A stretch of DNA of 64,000 bases from the NCBI GenBank assembly GCA_963698765.1, contig CAVOSB010000026.1, positions 10,833 through 74,832 on the forward strand, read 5' to 3'. Shown here piece after piece: positions 1 through 11,301 of the stretch. The stretch's first letter is position 1, and every line of letters begins with the position of its first letter. The notes beneath the pieces were generated by a model that was not told the origin of the DNA, did no database searches, and saw only the letters and a program-made list of their open reading frames with translations. The stretch is from an uncultured Chloroflexia bacterium (GTDB lineage Bacteria > Chloroflexota > Anaerolineae > Anaerolineales > UBA4823). The translations under genes were made by a program, and so were the position numbers.

Positions 1-217
1 ATGAGCTGGTAGCCAGGAGGGATTCGTCCGGAGAGAGGGCAAAGCCGTTGACGCTGTTTTGGTGGCCTGAAAATACTGCTTTTTCCTGCCAGGAAGCGGC
101 GTCCCACAGCTTTACCAGCGCATCCATGCCGCTGGAGATAAGGGTCCTGCCGTCCCTGGTAAAACGCAGTCCCAGGACATAGTTTCCATGCGCATCGAAG
201 GTAAGGTGTGGTTCCAT
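1..217 (-). CDS. WD40-repeat protein, 5' part (runs off the window)
   Basis: Manual translation MEPHLTFDAHGNYVLGLRFTRDGRTLISSGMDALVKLWDAASWQEKAVFSGHQNSVNGFALSPD shows WD40 GH...(L)WD repeats; GGAGGA RBS upstream. Confidence 0.8.
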   Translation of the reverse strand, partial: MEPHLTFDAHGNYVLGLRFTRDGRTLISSGMDALVKLWDAASWQEKAVFSGHQNSVNGFALSPDESLLATSS

Positions 218-271
218 GTGCTTCCTCCAGGCTGCAATTATAAATCAGGATATCCAATGACCTGCCTCAAC

Positions 272-337
272 AAACCTCACAGGTTTTAGAAACCCTGGCA
301 CTGGAAAAACACCAGTGTAAACTCCGTACGCCTGAAG
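272..337. repeat. Palindromic repeat arm (AAACCTCACAGGTTT) with a nested CCTGGC...ACGCC element
   Basis: Arm matches the 11302 and 17446 elements; 294-337 aligns with 32444-32493. Confidence 0.6.
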
Positions 338-534
338 TACTGTGCCATCAAGGTTGAAAATCTATTTTCAGATCAGGTTTTACCCAAGGTTTGCCAGGAT
401 CTGTTGCCATGGTAAGTTCTTAACAAATTCGATATCTGCCTGGGGACTTTTGGGTGATTGAGTGTAGAATTGCCAATGTATAAATTATGCAGGATAATTG
501 AATTATTCAAAATATATTTACGAGGCGGATTCCT

Positions 535-3499
535 ATGAACCTTGTTAGATCCCATCTAGCCCGACCTGGCACCAGGACAGCAGGCTTCGTTGTATTTTTT
601 GTGTTCTGCGTGTGTGCATTCTTCATGCTCGTTGAGACCGATGATGCAGCAGCTTTTCCGGACAGCAGTCCCCCACTGGAACAGCCCAGTTTGACCCAGC
701 AGCTGGACACACCCAGCGGAACCGAGCCGCTGGACGTGCCCAGCGTATATCCGCCTCCGGAAATCAGCATCTCGGATATCACCGTCAGCGAAGGGGACAG
801 CGGCATCATCCAGGCTATCTTCTCGATCCTGCGCTCCGGGTACCTGGGCAGCATCTCGGCTATCGGTTTTACAACTGCAGACGGCAGCGCAGTCCAACCC
901 AGCGACTACGCCAGCCAGTCGGGTACGCTGGTCTTCGAGCCGAATGTGGCCAGCCTGACCGTGACCGTGGATGTAAACGGTGATACCCTGTCGGAAGCGG
1001 ATGAAAACTTCTTCCTGGACCTGGGCGATCCGCTGTTTGCCGAGATCATCGACGCCCAGGCGCAGTGCACGATCACCAATGACGACCCGCAGCCTGGGAT
1101 AACCATCGACGATGCGACACTCTCGGAAGGCGACAGCGGGACTGCAGCACTCTCATTTACGGTCCACCTGGATGCCGCAAGCGGGCAGACGGTCAGCGTT
1201 GACTTTTCTACTGCAAACGGCACGGCTGTCCAACCCGGCGATTACCTGTCCGCTTCCGGAACCGTCACTTTTATCCCTGGAGAGACTGCGGAGACCATCC
1301 AGGTCAACATCGTTGGAGATATTCTGGACGAAGCTGACGAGACTTTCCTGGTGGACCTGGCGAACCCGCTTAACGCCACGCTCACAGACAACCAGGCGCT
1401 CGGCACAATCAACGACGACGACCTACCAGCGGAGATCACGATCGCAGACACAACCGTCACGGAAGGCGACAGCGGGACGGTGAGCGCTTCCTTCACGGTG
1501 GCTCTCAACACCCCCAGCGGGAAAACCGTCAGTGTGGAGTATTCCACTGCCGACGACACAGCCACACAGCCCGACGACTACCAACCCGCCTCCGGGACGC
1601 TCACCTTCATCCCGGGTGATGTTTCTGAGAGCATTACAATCGATGTAGCCGGTGATACTCTCACCGAAGGCGATGAGGTATTCCCGGTTAACCTGACCAA
1701 CCCGACGAACGGCACAATCGCAGACAACCAGGCTGTCGGCACGATCAGCGATGACGACCAGCTGCCAGAAATGACGATCAGCGATGCCACAGCCACCGAA
1801 GGGGACAGCGGTACGACCAGTGTTTCCTTCCTGGTGACTCTGAGCGCCTCCAGCAGCAAGACAGTCAGCGTCACCTATGCCACCGGCGACAACACGGCCA
1901 GCCAACCGGCCGACTACCAGCTAACAACCGGCACGCTTACTTTTGTACCGGGCGACATGGCAGAGCAAGTGCGGGTCAATATCGTTGGCGATACGATGGA
2001 CGAGGACGATGAGACCTTCCTGGTCGACCTGTCAGGTCCGGTGAACGCCACCCTGGCGGACGACCAGGCATTGGGGACGATCACGGATGACGACCCGCCG
2101 CCGGAGATCACGATCAGCGATACCACCGCCACCGAAGGTGACAGCGGTACGACCAGTGTTTCCTTCCTGGTGACTCTGAGCGCTTCCAGCAGCAAGACAG
2201 TCAGCGTAACCTATGCCACCGGCTACAACACGGCCAGCCAACCGGCCGACTATCAACAAACAACCGGCACGCTTACTTTTGTCCCGGGCGACAGAGCAGA
2301 GCAAGTGCGGGTCAATATCGCCGGCGATACGATAGATGAGGACGATGAGACCTTCCTGGTGGACCTGGCAGATCCGGTGAACGCCACCCTTGCGGACGAC
2401 CAGGCATTGGGGACGATCATAGATGACGACCCACCGCCTGGAATCCGGATCGCAGACCTGACGGTTGCAGAGGGCAGCAGCGGAACGACAACCGCATCTT
2501 TCACAGTCACCCTCAACTCCGCCAGCGGTAAAACCGTAACTGTCGATTATGCAGCCGCCGACGACACCGCCACCCAGCCCGCCGACTACCTTTCTGCCTC
2601 GGGAACCCTCACTTTTCTGCCAGGAGATGTCTCAGAGAATATCAACGTTGACATCGTCGGGGATATTATTGACGAAAACGATGAGACCTTCGTGGTGAAC
2701 CTGTCGAATCCCGAGCAACGGCCGGATTGCAGACAACCAGGCGCTCGCGACGATCAGCGACGACGACCTGCCGCCAGGCATATCGATCGCAGACACAGCG
2801 ATCACCGAAGGGAACAGCGGGACGACTGCTGCGACGTTCATCGTTTCACTGAGCACAGCGAGCAGCAAGACGGTCAGGGTGAATTACGCCAGCGCCAACG
2901 GCTCAGCCATCCAACCCGCCGATTACCAGCCTGGGTCGGCCCTGGTCACATTCAACCCCGGAGAGGTATCGAAGAATATTCAAATTAAACGTCGTGGGGG
3001 ACACCCTGGATGAAATCGACGAGACCTTCCTGGTCAACCTTAGCAACCCGCTGAACGGCAGCCTGCAGGACAGCCAGGGAACCGGAACGATCACGGATGA
3101 AGACCTGCCTCCCAATATGTCGATTGAAGACGTGACTGTCACTGACGGCGTGACTTCGAACGTGCTGGCGACATTTGTGATCCGGTTAGATGCCCCCAGC
3201 GGGAAGCAGATCACGGTGAACTTCGCCACCCAGGACGACAGCGCGATTGCACCGCAGGACTACCTGGCTGCCACGGGCCAGGCGACGATCAACCCCGGAC
3301 AGACACAGTTTTCGATTACGGTGACTGTCATCGGTACGTTAGGCAACGAGCCAGCTGAAAGTTTCTTTGTGAATTTGAGCGGGGCTGTGAATGCCAACCT
3401 GGTCGATAACCAGGCAATTGGAACTACCTGTAGAATTACCTGGTCTTTCTTCCAATTGTGCTCAATTCCAATAGCGGACACTGGTATCATCCACCGTAA
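535..3499 (+). CDS. Secreted/surface Calx-beta repeat protein (8 domains; frameshifted near 2716, 2985 and 3430)
   Basis: N-terminal hydrophobic segment; eight ~112-aa repeats of type ISD.TV.EGDSG...DY....GTLTF.PG...I.GD..DE.DETF.V.L..P.NA.L.D.QA.GTI.DDD; an alternative frame ends NYLVFLPIVLN...HPP*. Confidence 0.85.
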
Positions 3500-3575
3500 A
3501 CCGGACATGATACCGGTGTGGATCGATCCACAATCGCTGCACCGGTGGGTGTTAAAAAGGGCGACCTGAAAGGAC

Positions 3576-3611
3576 TAGAAGCTAAACTTCTTCTTAGAAG
3601 TTTAGCTTCTA
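3576..3611. repeat. REP-like hairpin family A (TAGAAGCTAAACTTCT-N4-AGAAGTTTAGCTTCTA)
   Basis: Perfect 16-bp inverted repeat between convergent genes; five copies in the window. Confidence 0.9.
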
Positions 3612-4022
3612 TATTCGCTTGTATCCAGCAACAGGCGCCGGTCGGGGGTCAATTCCACCTTGAGCTCGCGAATCGGCTGGTCGGCGGGGCCGTTGAGCAG
3701 GCTGCCGTCCTGGGTGAAGCGCGAGCCGTGACAGGGGCAGGCATAGCCATCGTTCTCTGATGCCAGGATGCAGCCCAGGTGCGGGCAAACCAGGCTCAAC
3801 GCCCGGTAACCGCTCCCTGTCGACAGGAGCACGGCCTGGGCTTCCTCAACCAGCGTGCTGGAGCCGGGTGGGTACTGGCTGGCAGGACCCAGGTCGAAGC
3901 GCGTCTGGGCAGGTGGGTCGGCTGGTAGCTCAAGAAGCGCCCCAGGCCGAGGAAATTCCGAGCAGCCCGCTCGCACCCAGCAGGCCTTTTCCGAGCCAGC
4001 TTAGAAAATCACGCCGGTTCAT
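3602..4022 (-). CDS. Rieske 2Fe-2S protein with TAT signal (Rieske/cytochrome b complex subunit)
   Basis: CPHLGC and CPCHGS motifs; MNRRDFL twin-arginine start at 4022 in a shifted frame. Confidence 0.9.
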
Positions 4023-4049
4023 CTTGGAGCTTTGCTTCATTGCATCGCC

Positions 4050-5290
4050 TCAGCGCTCGACAGCATGGCATTCATGGCAGTACCTGGATTCTGCTGATCG
4101 ACCTGCTGCTGGCAGTCGCTGCCCATCACCGGTTTGAATGAGAAGCGCTCGCCAGTCGCTTTGCCGAACAGCTCGTAGCTGCCGTCATCCAGCAGGCGAG
4201 TGTTCCACAACGGCTCGCCCTGGCTGGGTGACCAGGATGCTATCCCCGACCTGCAGATCGATGACCGGGTTGAGGAAAGCCAGGCGCATCGCCAGCTCGT
4301 CCTGGCGTTGGATGCTGGCGGTGAGTGGGAGCTCATCCAGCGTGCCGTGGCAGGTAAGGCACTGGACGTATTGGATCTCCTTCTTGTGGCTGTATAGGTT
4401 CCCGTCACCCATGGCTTCCTGGCGCGTGTGGCAGTCGATGCAGTCCAGGGTCCATTCGCAGCGTGTGAACTGGGCTATGGGCTGGTAATAATCGTGCATG
4501 CGGTCGGCCGGGTCGTCGCTGCGATGGACGAATTCCATGCTCCGCAGGTCGTAGTTGCCGCGGTTATGGCAGGTGTTGCACTGCGTATAAGGCATCGCAA
4601 GGGTCAGGTCGTGAACCTGCTGCTCCGCATCCAGACCGGCTGTCCTGGTATGGCAGGCAGAGCAGCCGGTGAAGCGGTAGGAATCCGGGCCGTCCAGTGG
4701 TTCAGACCACAGGTGGCAGTTCAGGCAGTTCTCGGCAAAACTGCAGCACAGCAGGCGAGCTTTCCTGGCCTGGATCGAAGCTTTTAACTCCGGCAGCGCC
4801 AGCTCGTTGATCCATGCGGTAAGCTTTCACCGCCTGGACGCCGTAACGGGCTTTCAGATCGGGCTGGGCACCAAAGGTGAAGCGCATCTGGGCGATGGCG
4901 CCGGCGTAGGTGGCCTGGATGCCGGTTAGCACGCGCTGGATATGATCACGATCCAATTCGGTGGTTCCGCTGTGACAGTCACTCCCACCACATGATGCTT
5001 CAACCACCGACAGGTCGGAAGGGTTCGCTCCGCCGCGGATGCTGCTGTGAGCCAGGTCAGCGTCGAGAGCCAGCCGCTCTCCGCCGTGACAGCGCACGCA
5101 GCCGAAGGTCTGTACCGGCGTGGGCCGGGCTGATCTCCGGCAGGTCGCCGTGGCAGGTCAGGCAGTATTCGATCTCACCGGTCAGGGTCGGAGTCAGCGG
5201 GACGGGCGCCGGTGAACGGCTCTCGACGAACCAGGCCAGGAGCAGGGCAGCCAGCAGCAAAGCTGATGCCAGGACGGCGAGCGCTCTCAT
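4050..5290 (-). CDS. Membrane-anchored multiheme cytochrome c (~9 hemes; frameshifted)
   Basis: Across frames: CLTCH, CVRCH, CGGSDCH (atypical), CLNCH, CSACH, CNTCH, CIDCH, CLTCH, CHECH; N-terminal TM helix. Confidence 0.85.
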
Positions 5291-6313
5291 CGCAGCGCCA
5301 TCAGGGTCAAAATTAGGATCGCGGATCCGAGCAGGGCCACCGAGATGCTAGCCAGCCGGTTACCGGTTGGGAACCAGCGACCCAGCTCGCGCTGGCTGGG
5401 CGACCGGAAGCGCGTACGGCAGGAGGGCCAGCCACAGCAGGACGAACACGGGCAGGGCGACTCCCCAGATGAACGGATTTTTGAAACGCAAGAGCTGCTG
5501 CACCCACAGGAAGAACCAGGGCGCCCGTCCTTCTGCGGCAGACATACCATCCGGGCTGATAGGCTGGTCTATGGGTGCCGGGAAGAGGGCGGAAACGATC
5601 ACCAGCAGGGCAGCGCACAGGAACGAGGCCAGGATTTCCCGCCGCACCAGCTCATTGCGGCTGATGCGCGTGTGGTCCTGGCGGTGTTCAGGCGGCGGCA
5701 GGGCGATGCCGCCGTCGCGGCGGACGCGGAAGATGTGCCAGATACCGATCAACACCAACGGGAGAATCAATCCAAAGATGTGCCAGGCATAGAAGCGCAC
5801 CAGGGTAGCCGGGCCGGGCTGGCTGCCCCCCACCAGCATCCCGTAGAGCACATTTCCCAGCAGCGGGATGGAGCGCAGCAGGTTGGTGCCTGCCACCAGC
5901 GCCCAGCGAATGCCTTCGTCCCAGCGCAGGACGTAGCCGGTGAAATCGAGAAACAGGCACAGCACCAGCAATCCCAGTCCGAGCAGGTAATTGAAGCTGC
6001 GCGGCCGGGCGTAAGCCCCGGTGAAGACTACACGCAATAAATGCAGGATGGTGACGACAACCAGGGCCTGCGCAGCCCAATAATGCATGTTGCGAATAAA
6101 ACCGCCAAACGGGACCAGGTAGGTGATGGTTTGAACCGAAAGGGCGGCTTTGGAGGGCTCGGGGACGTAGTAAAAGAGCTCAACGGCGCCGGTCAGGATC
6201 AGCACCAGGCACAGGAACACTGCCACTCCACCGGCTCCCAGCGTGTAGCGCCAGCGTGCCTGGGCGGCAGGGATGGTGGGAGGGTGTAGGTGGTGAAAGA
6301 AAGACGGGCGCAC
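5287..6313 (-). CDS. Cytochrome b (b6-like N-terminal domain fused to a subunit IV-like C-terminal part)
   Basis: RNMHYWAAQ...LHLLRV and FYAWH...WHIFRV heme b ligand pairs, TGYVLRWD, APWFFLW at the Qo-motif position. Confidence 0.9.
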
Positions 6314-6353
6314 GTGCTGAATTATATTCTAGAGTGGGAGGGAGTTAATAATT

Positions 6354-6389
6354 TAGAAGCTAAACTTCTAGGTAGAAGTTTAGCTTCTA
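6354..6389. repeat. REP-like hairpin family A
   Basis: TAGAAGCTAAACTTCT-AGGT-AGAAGTTTAGCTTCTA. Confidence 0.9.
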
Positions 6390-6406
6390 AGATACTCAAT
6401 TTGTGA

Positions 6407-7207
6407 TTAATCTCCAGTCGGCTGGCTGGCGGGGACAGCGGAGGCCTCCGCCACCTGCGCTTCGACTTCGTCTTCCCAGTGCGCTTCTTCTTTCAGCTTC
6501 TCGTTGTACCACTTTTCGTGGTGGGCGCGGGCATACCAGGCGGAGACCTTACCGGAGAACATGGAGAAGAAGGCTTCCTTTTCTTCGGGGAAAACTGCTC
6601 CCATGTAGACATGGATCATCAATCCGGCCACGATGGCGAATACGGACATCCAATGGATGGGTTGGGCAATCTGTTTCAGAATGGGCGGAAAGACCGTTCT
6701 GAAGGTCATAACGATCCCACTTAGCATGATCCCAATGGTTGCGAGTATGACCACGTACATGTAGGCTTTCTGCCCGGCATTGTATGCGTCCTGGGGCGGA
6801 AGCTCCTTGTCTTTCATGAAACCCAGCATCTGCAGCGGCTTGATCTTGAGCCATTCGATGTCGTCCTTATCCAGCAGCATGCGGTGCGAGGCGAAAGGCA
6901 CGAAGTAGCGGCGGAAACCGATCAGGATGTTGAAGGTCAAAACGAAAATCCAGATCAACCCCACGGTGTAGTGAAAGCGGATCAGGTTAGCAGAACCGCC
7001 GAAGATATTGCGAAAAAGCTCCTGCAGCCAGAGCGGGCTGAGACCCAAGGCGGGAGATGAAAGGATGGCAATGCCGGTTGGAAAAAGCATCAGCCAGCAG
7101 GCCACGTTGAACCAGTGGGTGAGGATATTGGCCAGGTTGTGCTTCTTGTACTTCTTCTCGCGCAGCCGCCGGCGTTCTTCCAGAGGTATACTCTTATATC
7201 GGCTCAT
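6407..7207 (-). CDS. FdnI/PhsC-type di-heme cytochrome b membrane anchor
   Basis: Four TM helices with THW, RFHY, PIHW and IHVYM histidines; YNAGQK motif; C-terminal WYARAHH.KWY. Confidence 0.85.
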   Translation of the reverse strand: MSRYKSIPLEERRRLREKKYKKHNLANILTHWFNVACWLMLFPTGIAILSSPALGLSPLWLQELFRNIFGGSANLIRFHYTVGLIWIFVLTFNILIGFRRYFVPFASHRMLLDKDDIEWLKIKPLQMLGFMKDKELPPQDAYNAGQKAYMYVVILATIGIMLSGIVMTFRTVFPPILKQIAQPIHWMSVFAIVAGLMIHVYMGAVFPEEKEAFFSMFSGKVSAWYARAHHEKWYNEKLKEEAHWEDEVEAQVAEASAVPASQPTGD

Positions 7208-7211
7208 CGCA

Positions 7212-7970
7212 TCACTCCTCAAATTCCGATTCACCCTGAACCAACTGCTTGGTGAAATAGACTGCCTGCACCAGGAAGGCCCCACCTACTGCAGCGGCCA
7301 TGAGCGGTACAGCCACTTTTTTCCAGCCAGCCTGGGACAGCGTGTATTCGGGCGGCCGGGGCAGGGTCTTGTCCGGCAGTACCAGCGGATCGGTAGCACC
7401 GGCGTAGTTGATGTAGTAAATATTCGGATCGGTGTCCACATTTCCGTCTTCAAAATCCAGGCGCAGCACGGTGGAGGCGGTTTTCAATGCTTGCGAGACC
7501 TCGGAATCCGGGTCATTCAAGTCTCCGAACAGGCGTGAACCGCCCAGGCAGGTGGCGACGCAGGCCGGCTGCAGGCCGACCTCCACGCGCTGGATGCAGC
7601 CGTTGCATTTATCAACCACACCGCGCTCTTTATCCAGGTAGCGCGCGTCGTAGGGGCAGGCCTCCACGCAGTAGCCGCAGCCGATGCAGGCTTCCTGGTC
7701 TACCAGCACCAAGCCATTCTCCTGGTCCTTGAAGGTCGCACGGCTGACGCAGACATCCACGCAGGGTGGGTTCTCGCAATGCATGCAGTTATAAGGGATG
7801 AAGGTGCGGGTCAAATTCGGAAACTCACCCTGGATTTCAGGCGTGTAGACCCAGATGCGCGAATCCGTCATTGGGACAGAGTTTTCAACGCTGCAGGCCA
7901 CCAGGCAAGCCCGGCAGTCGATGCAGCGCGCAATGTCAATCACAAAACCGTATTTCTTCTTAGTTGCCAT
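7212..7970 (-). CDS. 4x[4Fe-4S] electron-transfer subunit (PsrB/PhsB/DmsB family) with C-terminal TM helix
   Basis: CIDCRACLVAC, CMHCENPPCVDVC, CIGCGYCVEACP, KCNGC...PACVATC. Confidence 0.92.
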   Translation of the reverse strand: MATKKKYGFVIDIARCIDCRACLVACSVENSVPMTDSRIWVYTPEIQGEFPNLTRTFIPYNCMHCENPPCVDVCVSRATFKDQENGLVLVDQEACIGCGYCVEACPYDARYLDKERGVVDKCNGCIQRVEVGLQPACVATCLGGSRLFGDLNDPDSEVSQALKTASTVLRLDFEDGNVDTDPNIYYINYAGATDPLVLPDKTLPRPPEYTLSQAGWKKVAVPLMAAAVGGAFLVQAVYFTKQLVQGESEFEE

Positions 7971-7980
7971 AGTCAACCCT

Positions 7981-10164
7981 TCAAGCCTTCTTGACCGTCA
8001 CAAAGGTCTGGCTGAGCGCCTGCCCGCCGCTGATCGGGTCGGTATAGGTCACATGCAGGACCGAGTTGCTGACACCGTTCGCAAAGGCAGTGGTCAATCC
8101 CTTGGAGAGATGGCCGTAACCCGGGGTCAGGTAAACGCAATCGTCGCGGATAGCCTTGGTGACCAGTACCTGGACCTGCACCTTGCCGATCTCACTGGCG
8201 GCTTCCACCCAATCGCCGTCCACCAGGCCGCGGGCAGCGGCTGCTGCCGGGCTCATCCATAGTCTCGGTTGATCCTCATATTTATGCAGCAGCTGGTTGT
8301 TCTGCGTGCCCATCTGGGTGTGCTGCCCGACTTTACCGGTGAGCAGGTAAAAGGTATCGGGCTTGGGCAGAGGAGGCTCTTCCCAGTGCGGCCAGGGTGA
8401 GAAACCTGCTTTTTCGAGCGTTGCGCTGAAGATCTCGATCTTACCGGTGGGAGTGTTGAACAGGATTTCTTCGCTCTCCGGTTTTACGACAGCCGGTACC
8501 AGGTAGCCCTTATAGCGCAGGGCTTCGAAATCCAGCCCTAAAGGCTCCAGCTGCTGTTCGATGTAATCGACTTCGTCCTCATATTGGAAGTAATCACCCA
8601 ATCCGAGGCGCTCGCCGAGCTGCTTGTAAATCCACAACGCAGAACGCGACTCCCCCAGCGGCTCGATCACCGGCTGACGCAAGAAAATCTTGCCTTCAAC
8701 CACAGATAACGGGTCAAAGCGCTCCAGGTAGGTGGATTCCGGCAGGATCACATCGGAGAACCAGGCAGTATCATTGATGATGGCGTCCACCGTGACAATG
8801 AAATCCATCTTGCCAAAGGCTTCTAATGTACGCTGGCGGTCGGGCAGTGAGAGCACGGGGTTCTGGCGGGAGATGAACCAGCCGTGCGCCTGGTAGGGCT
8901 CACCGGTCAGGATGGCGTCGCGCATTTCCTGGAACACGCCCAGCTTGAGCGGCACCAGCGGGTATTTCCAGGGCACGCCGTCCAGCCGCATGGCAGAGAT
9001 GCGCGGGTAAGGGGGCTGAGGAGGCTTGCCCAGCGTGATCCCGCTGGCTTCGGGGCTCTCGGCAGCCAGGCAGCCGCCCTGTCTCACCACCGCACCGGTT
9101 ATCGCATCCAGGGTGGCGATGGCGCGTTCGGTCTGGAAAGAATTAATAAAGTTCGATGTACGCCAACCCGGGTGCGCCAGGGCGTGTTTTCCGGCCGCAG
9201 CAAATTCGCGGGCGATGCGCTCGATCGTGGCGGCAGGCACCCCGGTAATCCCCTCCGCCCACTGCGGCGTGTACTCTTTCATGGCATCCGGAAGGTCCAG
9301 GCAGCCGACCACGTACTTCTGGACAAAATCGCAGTCGCCGATCTGGTTGGTGACGATCACATTGATCATCGCCAGCAGGAAAGCAGCGTCGGTGCCCGGG
9401 CGGATTGGTATCCACTCTGTAGATTTGGCAGCCGTCTTGGTGAAGCGCGGGTCGAGTGAGACCAGCTTGGCGCCCCGGGAGATGGCTTCCACCAATTGAG
9501 AGGTCTCGGAGGTGGAGATGGCTTCCATCATGTTGCGCCCGGTCAACAAGACGTACTGGACGTCATCATAATTCCTGGACGGCTCTTCAACACCGTATGT
9601 CAGCAGGAAGGCGGTCACCATGGCGTTGAAGCACAGGCTGCGCTGGGTGCCGTAGTTGGGAGAGCCGAAGCCGTTCAGCAGGTTCTCAAATTGCACCTGG
9701 GAAAGGCTGTGGGTGGAAGAGAAGACCATCGCTTCCGGGCCGTACCTGGACTTGATATCCAGCATCTTCTCTGCCGTGAAATCCAGGGCTTCTTCCCAAC
9801 CGACCTGGCGGAACAGCCCTTCGCCACGCTTGCCTACCCGGATCATGGGCGAAAGCACGCGGTCGGGATCGTAGGCGTGCATCAACCCCGACTGGCCGCG
9901 TGCGCATAGTTTCCCGCGAGTGCGGGTGATCGGGATTGCCGTCCAGCTTCACCACGCGGTCGTCGACAACTTTAGCCCGCACTCCGCAGCGCCACACGCA
10001 CATCTCGCAAAGGGTGTGAATGTAGCCGTCATCGGTGAGCGGGACCTTGCCGCCGTAAGCAGCCCTGGCCAGGCGCGGAGGAACACGCGGCTGGCAGCCG
10101 CAGCTCCCACTCCCAGGCCGCCGAGCCTGATGAAATCGTGTCTAGATATCACGTTTTGTTTCAT
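7981..10164 (-). CDS. Molybdopterin oxidoreductase catalytic subunit, polysulfide/thiosulfate reductase (PsrA/PhsA) family; frameshifted at the N-terminus
   Basis: TAT-like leader, CEMCVWRCG...KLCARG 4Fe-4S motif, GSPNYGTQRSLC with the putative Cys Mo ligand, PIRPGTD, SDVILPESTYLER. Confidence 0.85.
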
Positions 10165-10173
10165 TTTTTTAAC

Positions 10174-10731
10174 TTATTCACTCGTTTTATTCTTGCGCTG
10201 CAAGCCTGCCCGATCGATCAGGTAGAACAACAGCAATGACATCGAAGCAAAAAGCAGCACAGCCAGGAATGGGCTCAGGTTCCAAAGGTCGGGGATGACC
10301 ACATTGCCCACTTTTTCCAGGCGTTCGATGGGAGGGAATATTTGCTGGTAAGTCAATCCGAACAGGGCTGCACCAACCAGGAAACCCAGGAAACCAGGGA
10401 TCACGTAATCGAGCTTGCCTTCGCCGCCACCGGCGGCGCAGGTGCCCGGTCAGAGACCGACGAGGGCCATGCCCACACCGAAAATCAAGCCTCCTAACAG
10501 GTTGCCCACCACGTAAGTGGCAGGGACATTGGGGAATGTGATCAGTCCCAGCCCACGCAGCGTGTACAGGCCCGCCATGGAGACCACCAGGGCGGTCATA
10601 ATGAATTTAAGGACGGCCATATCGGTGAAGCGGAACACGTTCACGATCTTGCTATAGCGCGTCAGGCCGGCCTTGTTGAGGGAAAACCCAAAAAAGACGC
10701 CCAGGATCAGTGCGAGGATATAGTTCGTCAT
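10174..10731 (-). CDS. YeeE/YedE sulfur-compound transporter, second half; predicted selenoprotein (in-frame TGA at 10450-10452)
   Basis: The ORF ending GMALVGL* continues in the same frame as PGTCAAGGGEGKLDYVIPGFLG; the TGA occupies the Cys of the family GxCPGT motif. Confidence 0.8.
10422..10438 (-). promoter_or_regulatory. Putative bacterial SECIS element
   Basis: CGCCGCC-GGU-GGCGGCG 7-bp stem starting 11 nt after the UGA, with GU in the apical loop. Confidence 0.65.
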
Positions 10732-10733
10732 GG

Positions 10734-11270
10734 TTAATATCTCCTGCGGTAGACGAGGATCGTAGTGAGAATGCCGGACATGAACATGCCGGCCATGAAC
10801 AGGAAGGCTGCCGGCGCCAGCAGCATGCCGCCGGAGATAACCAGCCCACTGGTGCACCCGCCGGCGATGCCAGCCCCGTACTCCAGGATGATGGAACCCA
10901 GGAAGACCAGCAGCCAGCGCTTCCACAGCTGCGCCCCGAAGATCGTTTTCCACTGGGCGTCGTCGGTGTTCCAGCGCAGCTTCCAGGTGCGGCTGGAGAG
11001 CGCCCCCAGCCCACCGCCCAGGATGATCCCCACGAGCAGGACCACGCCCCAGGTGATGCCAGCCGGCATGATGAAGTTAAAATACATCACGTTGAAGACC
11101 TGCGGTGCCAGAGCTTTACCGATCAGGCCTGCCAGGTTTTCAAAGGCGCCCGAGGCGCCCAGCAAGCTGTCGCTCAGCCAGACAGCCAGCACCCCAACGA
11201 TGCCCAGCAGGGTGCCGGCGATATAAGGCGACCATAACTCTTTCCGAACTCCCTGAACAAGATTACTCAT
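10734..11270 (-). CDS. YeeE/YedE sulfur-compound transporter, first half
   Basis: WSPYIAG, LGASG and GAGIAGGCTSG motifs. Confidence 0.88.
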   Translation of the reverse strand: MSNLVQGVRKELWSPYIAGTLLGIVGVLAVWLSDSLLGASGAFENLAGLIGKALAPQVFNVMYFNFIMPAGITWGVVLLVGIILGGGLGALSSRTWKLRWNTDDAQWKTIFGAQLWKRWLLVFLGSIILEYGAGIAGGCTSGLVISGGMLLAPAAFLFMAGMFMSGILTTILVYRRRY

Positions 11271-11301
11271 TTGTCCATCTCCTGATTTATCAATTCAATG
11301 A

